A stretch of DNA of 64,000 nucleotides, taken from assembly GCA_965202665.1 (NCBI GenBank), contig OZ241841.1:1024001-1088000 (forward strand), read 5' to 3'. Every line of letters begins with the position of its first letter. Within the stretch, counting starts at the first letter, position 1. This DNA comes from Candidatus Spongiisociaceae bacterium (lineage in GTDB: Bacteria; Actinomycetota; Acidimicrobiia; Spongiisociales; Spongiisociaceae). Positions 58,007 through 64,000 of the stretch are shown here, in pieces. The notes under the pieces were generated by a model. The model searched no databases and was not told where the DNA came from. It saw nothing but the letters and a program-made list of their open reading frames with translations. Position numbers and translations under genes: made by a program.

Positions 58007-59616
58007 CCCTGCGCCCCGGGCCGTGGCTGATAGCCGTCCCGCTGGTTTTTCTCGGTCTTTTCTACCTGTATCCGCTGGCCCGGATCATCATCCGCAGCCT
58101 CACCTTGCAGGGCGGGCTGGACCTGTCCCCCTTCTTGGAGATCGCCGCCAAAGGTTCGCTGCGGCGGGCGGCCTGGTTCACCCTGTGGCAGGCGGCCGCC
58201 TCCACCCTGCTCACCCTGCTCTTCGCCCTGCCCGGGGCCTACGTAATCGCCCGTTACCGCTTCCCGGGGCGTAATTTCATCCGGGCGGCGGTGACCGTCC
58301 CTTTCGTCCTGCCCACGGTGGTGACGGGGGCCGCCTACCTGGCCCTGCTGGGGCCGGACGGGCCGCTGGGCGTGGACCTGCGGGGCACCGCCTGGGCCAT
58401 CCTGGCCGCCCACGTGTTCTTCAACTACGCGGTGGTGGTGCGCATAGTGGGGAGTTTCTGGGAACTGCTCGACCCCCGTTTGGAGGAGGCGGCCCGCGCT
58501 TTGGGGGCCGGCCGCCTGCGGGCGTTCCGCACGGTGACCCTGCCCCTGCTGGCCCCTTCCATCTACGCCGCCTCTTCCATCATTTTCCTGTTCACTTTCA
58601 CTTCCTTCGGGGTGGTGTTGATCCTGGGCGGCTTCGGCTACGCCACCCTGGAAGTGGCCATCTGGCAGGAGGCGGTCATCCATCTGGACTTGGCCGCGGC
58701 GGCCGCCCTGTCGGTGGCGCAGTTGGCCGGGGTGAGCGCCGCCCTGGCCGTCTACAGCCGTTTCCAGAAGCGGCATGCCCGCCGCCTGCGCCTGCATCCG
58801 GGGGGAACGGCCCGCCCCCCCGACTCCCCCGGCAAGAAACTGGCGGTGGGGGCCGTCCTGGCCTCCATGATCCTCTACCTGGGCGGGCCGATCGGGGCGT
58901 TGCTGTGGCGCTCCTTCCAAACCGGAGACGGCGGGCCGGGCCTGGGCAACTACCTGAACTTGTTCCGGGGGGCGGCCAAATTCGCCGACCCCCCGGCCGC
59001 GATGGCCAACTCCCTGTGGTTCGCGGCGGCGGCGGGCGCCGGAGCTTTGGCGGTGGGGCTGGCGGCGGCCGTCGTCATCGCCCGCCTCCCCGGAAAGACC
59101 GGCCCCCGGCTGGATTCGCTGCTGATGCTCCCTTTGGGCACTTCGGCGGTCACCATCGGGTTCGGGTTCCTGGTGGCCTTCGACCGGCCCGTCGACCTGC
59201 GGGCCTCCGCCTGGTTGATACCGCTGGCCCACGCGGTGGTGGCGGTCCCGTTCGTCATCCGCACCGTGACCCCGGTTTTGCGGTCGGTGCGGGCCAACCT
59301 GTGGGAGGCGGCGGCCACGCTGGGGGCCGCCCCCCGCCGCGTGTTCCGGGAAATCGACCTGCCCATCATTCGCAGGGCGGCCTTGGTGGGGGCCGGGTTC
59401 GCCTGCGCGGTGTCCCTGGGCGAGTTCGGGGCCACCGCTTTCCTGGTCCGCCCCGACCGGCCCACCATCCCCACCGCCATCTTCCGCCTGCTGGGACAGC
59501 CGGGGGCGGTCACCGTGGGGCAGGCCATGGCCCTGAGCGTGGTCCTGATGGTGATCACCACCGCCCTGATAATGCTCATCGAAGGGCGCCGGGCGGGGAA
59601 TCTGGGAGACTTCTGA
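57982..59616 (+). CDS. thiP: Thiamine ABC transporter permease (start uncertain)
   Basis: Two EAA loops, AHVFFN, SLGEFGA. Confidence 0.9.
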   Translation: MDRDGGRLTLRPGPWLIAVPLVFLGLFYLYPLARIIIRSLTLQGGLDLSPFLEIAAKGSLRRAAWFTLWQAAASTLLTLLFALPGAYVIARYRFPGRNFIRAAVTVPFVLPTVVTGAAYLALLGPDGPLGVDLRGTAWAILAAHVFFNYAVVVRIVGSFWELLDPRLEEAARALGAGRLRAFRTVTLPLLAPSIYAASSIIFLFTFTSFGVVLILGGFGYATLEVAIWQEAVIHLDLAAAAALSVAQLAGVSAALAVYSRFQKRHARRLRLHPGGTARPPDSPGKKLAVGAVLASMILYLGGPIGALLWRSFQTGDGGPGLGNYLNLFRGAAKFADPPAAMANSLWFAAAAGAGALAVGLAAAVVIARLPGKTGPRLDSLLMLPLGTSAVTIGFGFLVAFDRPVDLRASAWLIPLAHAVVAVPFVIRTVTPVLRSVRANLWEAAATLGAAPRRVFREIDLPIIRRAALVGAGFACAVSLGEFGATAFLVRPDRPTIPTAIFRLLGQPGAVTVGQAMALSVVLMVITTALIMLIEGRRAGNLGDF

Positions 59617-60645
59617 ATGCTGCAAGTGGAGCGGGTTTCCCTTTTCTATCCGAACGCCGGGCGCCCGGCCCTGGACCGGGTGAGCCTCAGCGTGCGCTCC
59701 GGGGAGATCATGGCCCTGCTGGGGCCGTCCGGGTCGGGCAAAACCAGCCTGTTGCGGGTGATAACCGGCTTGGAACGGCCCGCCTCGGGACGGGTGGCCC
59801 TGGGGGGGCGGGATCTGACCGAAACGCCGGTGCACCGGCGCCGCATCGGACTGATGTTCCAGGAATACGCCCTTTTCCCCCACCTGACCGTCTCCGAAAA
59901 CGCCGCCTTCGGCCTGCGGATGGAAGGCCGGGACGCGGCGGACATCCGACGACGGGTGCGGGAGGTTTTATCCTGGGTGGAAATGGAAGAGTTCGCCAAC
60001 CGGGAAGTGGATTCCCTGTCCGGGGGGGAACGGCAACGGGCGGCTTTGGCCCGGTCGCTGGCCCCGGAACCGGATCTGTTGCTGCTGGACGAACCGGTGG
60101 GCGCCCTGGACCGGGCCCTGCGCTCCCGGCTCATCCCCGACCTGTCCGCCCTGTTGCGCCGGGTGGGGGTGTCGGCCGTCTACGTAACCCACGACCAGGA
60201 CGAGGCTTTCGCCATCGCCGACCGGGTGGCCGTCCTGGCCGGGGGCCGCATCCGGCAGACCGACTCCCCCCGGCGACTGTGGGAAGCCCCCGCCGACCGG
60301 TGGGTGGCCCGTTTCCTCGGGTTGGAAAATATGGATCGGATAACCGTGCGGGGCGGCTCCGCCCAGGGCGGCGTTGGAACTTTCCCCCTGGATTGGCCGG
60401 ATGGGGAATATCCGGTGGTGATCCGCCCGGAGGGCATCCGGCTGGACCCGGACGGCCCGGTGGCCGGGGCGGTGGAATCGGCCGTTTTCACCGCCGGACG
60501 CACCCGCCTCACCGTCTCCTGCAACAGCCGCCCCCTCGCTTTCGACGCCATCGGACCCGCCCCGGACGCGGGGGAAACGGTGCGCCTGGCCATCCGCCCG
60601 GAGGCGGTGCGCGTAGTGGCCGAAGAGGGGGGAGACGGCCCGTGA
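59617..60645 (+). CDS. thiQ: Thiamine ABC transporter ATP-binding protein
   Basis: GPSGSGKT, LSGGE, LLLDEP. Confidence 0.88.
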   Translation: MLQVERVSLFYPNAGRPALDRVSLSVRSGEIMALLGPSGSGKTSLLRVITGLERPASGRVALGGRDLTETPVHRRRIGLMFQEYALFPHLTVSENAAFGLRMEGRDAADIRRRVREVLSWVEMEEFANREVDSLSGGERQRAALARSLAPEPDLLLLDEPVGALDRALRSRLIPDLSALLRRVGVSAVYVTHDQDEAFAIADRVAVLAGGRIRQTDSPRRLWEAPADRWVARFLGLENMDRITVRGGSAQGGVGTFPLDWPDGEYPVVIRPEGIRLDPDGPVAGAVESAVFTAGRTRLTVSCNSRPLAFDAIGPAPDAGETVRLAIRPEAVRVVAEEGGDGP

Positions 60646-61421
60646 CCTGGTTCCGCCGCCGCCGGGATTCGGTTCCGCCGGAGCGCCGGACCGGCCCGCC
60701 CCCCTCCGCCAACGGGGCTTCTTCCTTCCACTTCTGGTGGGAAACGGCCCAACCTTTGTCCTCGGTTTCGGCCACCTTGCGCGCCTCCGTCCCGCCCGGC
60801 ATGAACCGCTTGGCCTTCTTCGCCCTGCAAGCCTCCTTCTGGTCCGCCGACGGCCCTCGGGGAGGGGCCCACGCCGGCCTGCAATGGCACCCTTCCTATC
60901 CGAACCGCGGGGCGGTCAACTGGGGCGGATACGACCGGGACGGCGCGGTCCTGTCCGGGACCGAATCGGAGTTGCCTTCCGCCCTCGGCAACCCCAACAC
61001 CCGGGACTACCCCTGGGAGACGGAATCCGCTTACCGGCTGACCATCGGCCCCCGCATCATCCGCAACGACCGCGTCCTCTGGCCGGCCCGCATCCGGGAT
61101 TTGGCGACCGGCCGGGAGACGGTCGTTCGGGAACTGTTCTGCCCCGGCGATCATCTGCGGGACCCGGTGGTGTGGGCGGAACTGTTCTGCGACTGCGACC
61201 AGCCGGGCGTCGCCGCCCGCTGGAGCGACCCGCGGGCGGAGGGCCGCGACGGCGACCCGGTCCCCGTAACCGGCGGGCGGGCCACCTACCAGTCCTACGA
61301 AAACGGGGGATGCACCAACACCGACGTTTCCGTCCGGGACGGAACGGCCATGTTGCGCTCCAACCACCCCCGCCTCACCCCCCACGGCGCCCGGCTGCCT
61401 TGGAACGGCGATGACGGCTGA
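60642..61421 (+). CDS. Uncharacterised protein coupled between thiQ and thiD
   Basis: GTGA overlap with thiQ; 3' part of ORF 58905..61421; motifs FFALQASF, GAHAGLQW, AVNWGGYD. Confidence 0.75.
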   Translation: MTWFRRRRDSVPPERRTGPPPSANGASSFHFWWETAQPLSSVSATLRASVPPGMNRLAFFALQASFWSADGPRGGAHAGLQWHPSYPNRGAVNWGGYDRDGAVLSGTESELPSALGNPNTRDYPWETESAYRLTIGPRIIRNDRVLWPARIRDLATGRETVVRELFCPGDHLRDPVVWAELFCDCDQPGVAARWSDPRAEGRDGDPVPVTGGRATYQSYENGGCTNTDVSVRDGTAMLRSNHPRLTPHGARLPWNGDDG

Positions 61422-62214
61422 AAACGACGCCCCCCTGATCGTCATGACCATCGGCGGCAGCGACTCGGGGGCCGGGGCGGGCGTCCAAGCCGACCTGAAA
61501 ACCCTGGCCGCCCACCGTTGCCACGCCGTCACCGTGGTAACGGCCGTCACCGCCCAAAACACCCGGGGGGTGGAGGCGTCGCAGCCGATGACGGCCGAAA
61601 TGGTGCGGGCCCAGTTGCGGGCGTTGCTGGACGATCTGCCCCCGCAGGCGGTCAAAACCGGTTTTCTGGGCCAAGCCGAAATCGTCCGCGAGGTGGCGGA
61701 AAACGCCCCCCGCCTGCCCAACCTGGTGGTGGACCCGGTGCTGGCGGACCGCGACGGCCGCCCCCTGGCCGACCAAGAGACCGTGGAAGCCTACCGGGAG
61801 CTGTTGCTGCCGGCCGCCGCCCTGGCCTCGCCCAACCACCGGGAGGCGGCCCTGCTGACCGGCCGGCCGGTGGCCGACATCTCCGGGCAACGATGGGCGG
61901 CCCGGGAGCTGGCGGAGGCCGCCGGGGTTCCCATCCTGGTAACCGGCGGCCGGTTGGGCGGCCCGCATCCGGTGGACGTTTTCTGCGACGGGCGGACCGT
62001 TCGAGAGCTGGCCGGCCGTTGGGTGCGCACCCGCAACAAGCACGGCACCGGCGACGCCTTCTCCGCTTCCATAGCGGCCCGCCTGGCCGCCGGGGCCACC
62101 CTGGCGGCGGCCGTCGCCGAAGCCAAAGCCTGGGTCAGCCGGGCCATCACCGGCGCGGCCCAATGGCGCCTGGGAGGGGGCGAAGGGCCCATCGACCCTT
62201 TCGGCTGGGGGTAG
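61411..62214 (+). CDS. thiD: Hydroxymethylpyrimidine/phosphomethylpyrimidine kinase
   Basis: GGSDSGAGAGVQADLKT, TAQNT, VVDPV, HGTGDAFS. Confidence 0.95.
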   Translation: MTAENDAPLIVMTIGGSDSGAGAGVQADLKTLAAHRCHAVTVVTAVTAQNTRGVEASQPMTAEMVRAQLRALLDDLPPQAVKTGFLGQAEIVREVAENAPRLPNLVVDPVLADRDGRPLADQETVEAYRELLLPAAALASPNHREAALLTGRPVADISGQRWAARELAEAAGVPILVTGGRLGGPHPVDVFCDGRTVRELAGRWVRTRNKHGTGDAFSASIAARLAAGATLAAAVAEAKAWVSRAITGAAQWRLGGGEGPIDPFGWG

Positions 62215-62229
62215 CGGCCAACCGGGCGG

Positions 62230-62622
62230 TCAGCCTTCCAATATTTCCCGCAGGAAATCGGGCACCCGCACCGGACGGCCCTGCGAGTCGGACATCGCCG
62301 CCCGCAACTCCAAGGTGAACAGGGTTTCGCCGTCCCGTTCTATCCGCTGGCGCCATTCGTGGGCCACCCGGCGCACCGCCGCCACTTCGGTCAGGATTTC
62401 CAGGCGGTCGTCGGCCACCGCAGGGGCGAGGAACCTGGCTTTCACCTCCACCACCAGAATCCGGAATCCCATCTCGTCCAAGCGGACCAGGCTCACCCCC
62501 CATTCCGCCAAGGCCTCCACCCGGGCCGCCTCGCAGTAGGACAAATAGACGGCGTGGTTGAGATGGTTGTACGGGTCCAGTTCGTTGAACCTGACGTTGA
62601 CGGAGGAACGGCGGCTGCGCAT
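62230..62622 (-). CDS. 4HBT/YbgC-family acyl-CoA thioesterase
   Basis: VRFNELDPYNHLNHAVYL. Confidence 0.9.
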   Translation of the reverse strand: MRSRRSSVNVRFNELDPYNHLNHAVYLSYCEAARVEALAEWGVSLVRLDEMGFRILVVEVKARFLAPAVADDRLEILTEVAAVRRVAHEWRQRIERDGETLFTLELRAAMSDSQGRPVRVPDFLREILEG

Positions 62623-62683
62623 CTCACCTAAACTACCCGCGCCGTCCGGTTATCCCAACCCGCCGGTTTGCTACCCTTGCCTT

Positions 62684-63697
62684 ATGCGAGCTTGGATACT
62701 GAACGAAACCAACGGCCCCTCCTCCTACCGCCTCGGGGAGGTGGAAACCCCCCGGCCGGGCCCCGGCGAAGTGCGGGTGCGGTTGGCCGCTTCGGCCCTC
62801 AACCGGCTGGACCTGTGGATGTCCATGGGACTGCCCGCCCCCAAGCGCTTCCCGCACGTGGCGGGCGGGGACGGGGCGGGGGTGGTGGACGCGGCAGGGG
62901 AAGAAACGGACGGGATCGCCCCCGGCCAGGAGGTGATAATCAACCCCGGCTTGGGCTACGCCCCCACCACCTCCCACATTCCGTTCGACGGGAAGCTGGG
63001 CGTGCTGGGGGAACACGCCTGGGGCACCCTGGCCGAATACGTGATCGCCCCGGCTCGCAACGTCCTGCCCAAACCGGACCATCTGGGATGGCCGGAGGCG
63101 GCCGCCTACGGGCTGGCGACCGGAACCGCCTACCGGATGCTGCGCCGGGCCCGCCTGTCCGAAGGCGACCTGCTGCTGGTGGTGGGGGTGGGGGGCGGAG
63201 TCTCCTCGGCCGGGCTGTTGCTGGGAAAAATCATGGGGGCGGAAACCTACGTCACTTCCCGTCATCCGGACAAGATTCGGCGGGCGGCGGAACTGGGGGC
63301 CGCCGGGGGTTTCGATTCGGCGGGCGAGTTTTCCAAGCAACTGCGGGAGGCGGCCGGGAGGCAGGCGGACGTGGTGCTGGAAAACGTGGGGGCGGCCACT
63401 TGGAGCCAATCCCTGCGCAGCCTGCGACCGGGCGGGCGGCTGGTCACCTGCGGGGCCACCGGCGGGGTGAAAGCGGAAATCACCATCCCCTCCCTGTTTT
63501 TCCGCCACCAGGAAATCATCGGCTCCACCATGTTCGACCACGACGACTTCGCCCAAATCACCGAATGGGTGGCCGACGGGCGGTTGCCGGTTCTGGTGGA
63601 CCGGGTGTTCGAATTCGAAGAGTTGCCGGCCGCTTTGGCCCGCATGGAGGAGGGCGACCATATGGGCAAACTGGTCATCAAAGGAACCGCGCCGTGA
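62684..63697 (+). CDS. MDR-family (zinc-binding/quinone) oxidoreductase
   Basis: ALNRLD, GGDGAGVV, GVGGGV, GRLVTCG. Confidence 0.9.
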   Translation: MRAWILNETNGPSSYRLGEVETPRPGPGEVRVRLAASALNRLDLWMSMGLPAPKRFPHVAGGDGAGVVDAAGEETDGIAPGQEVIINPGLGYAPTTSHIPFDGKLGVLGEHAWGTLAEYVIAPARNVLPKPDHLGWPEAAAYGLATGTAYRMLRRARLSEGDLLLVVGVGGGVSSAGLLLGKIMGAETYVTSRHPDKIRRAAELGAAGGFDSAGEFSKQLREAAGRQADVVLENVGAATWSQSLRSLRPGGRLVTCGATGGVKAEITIPSLFFRHQEIIGSTMFDHDDFAQITEWVADGRLPVLVDRVFEFEELPAALARMEEGDHMGKLVIKGTAP

Positions 63698-64000
63698 ACC
63701 CCGGCGCCCCGCCCCGCATCGGCTGGGTGGGAACCGGCGTCATGGGGGCTTCCATGTGCGGGCACGTGCTGGCCGCTGGATACCAAGTGACCGTCACTTC
63801 CCGCACCGCCTCCAAAGCGCAGCCCCTGCTGGAGGCGGGGGCGGTTTGGTCGGACACCCCGGCTGAAGTAGCGGCCGCCTCCGACATTTCCTGCGCCATC
63901 GTCGGCTACCCCCGGGATGTGCGGGAAGTGTTCCTCGGCCCCAACGGGTTGCTGGCCGGGGCGGGGGAAGGCGATGCGGTGGTGGACATGACCACGTCCG
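63694..64000 (+). CDS. 3-hydroxyisobutyrate dehydrogenase-family oxidoreductase (3' truncated by window)
   Basis: GTGA overlap; RIGWVGTGVMGASMCGH..VGYPRDV..VDMTTS. Confidence 0.85.
   Translation, partial: MNPGAPPRIGWVGTGVMGASMCGHVLAAGYQVTVTSRTASKAQPLLEAGAVWSDTPAEVAAASDISCAIVGYPRDVREVFLGPNGLLAGAGEGDAVVDMTTS

Overview
High-GC actinobacterial chromosome segment; an Acidimicrobiia-like, possibly host-associated origin is inferred from the SLH-tailed surface proteins and gene order. The first 11.8 kb encode two paralogous giant Calx-beta/Ig-like repeat surface proteins with C-terminal SLH domains. Next is the core translation cluster (tRNA-Tyr/Thr/Met, tuf, rpmG, fused MaoC dehydratase, ECF sigma/anti-sigma, tRNA-Trp, secE, nusG, rplK, rplA). 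The rest holds housekeeping and metabolic genes (htpX, glgB, nucleoside phosphorylases, a sugar ABC catabolic locus, glpK, pth, rplY, surE, mog/moaB, fdhD) and a TPP-riboswitch-led thiBPQ-orf-thiD operon. Many small accessory cassettes and defence/TA remnants are interspersed, with no integrase or transposase in the window. Most striking signals: (1) polarized, GRINS-like nucleotide skews (C/A-rich vs G/T-rich) in the surface-protein paralogs, across tuf (apparently altering the protein) and beside accessory islands; (2) a G11 tract between -35 and -10 of the second surface-protein gene plus a low-GC N-terminal segment, suggesting phase and antigenic variation; (3) three cassettes flanked by duplicated host gene ends or promoters; (4) a 35-bp motif array downstream of a fic gene. 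All calls come from reading the sequence; no database search was run.
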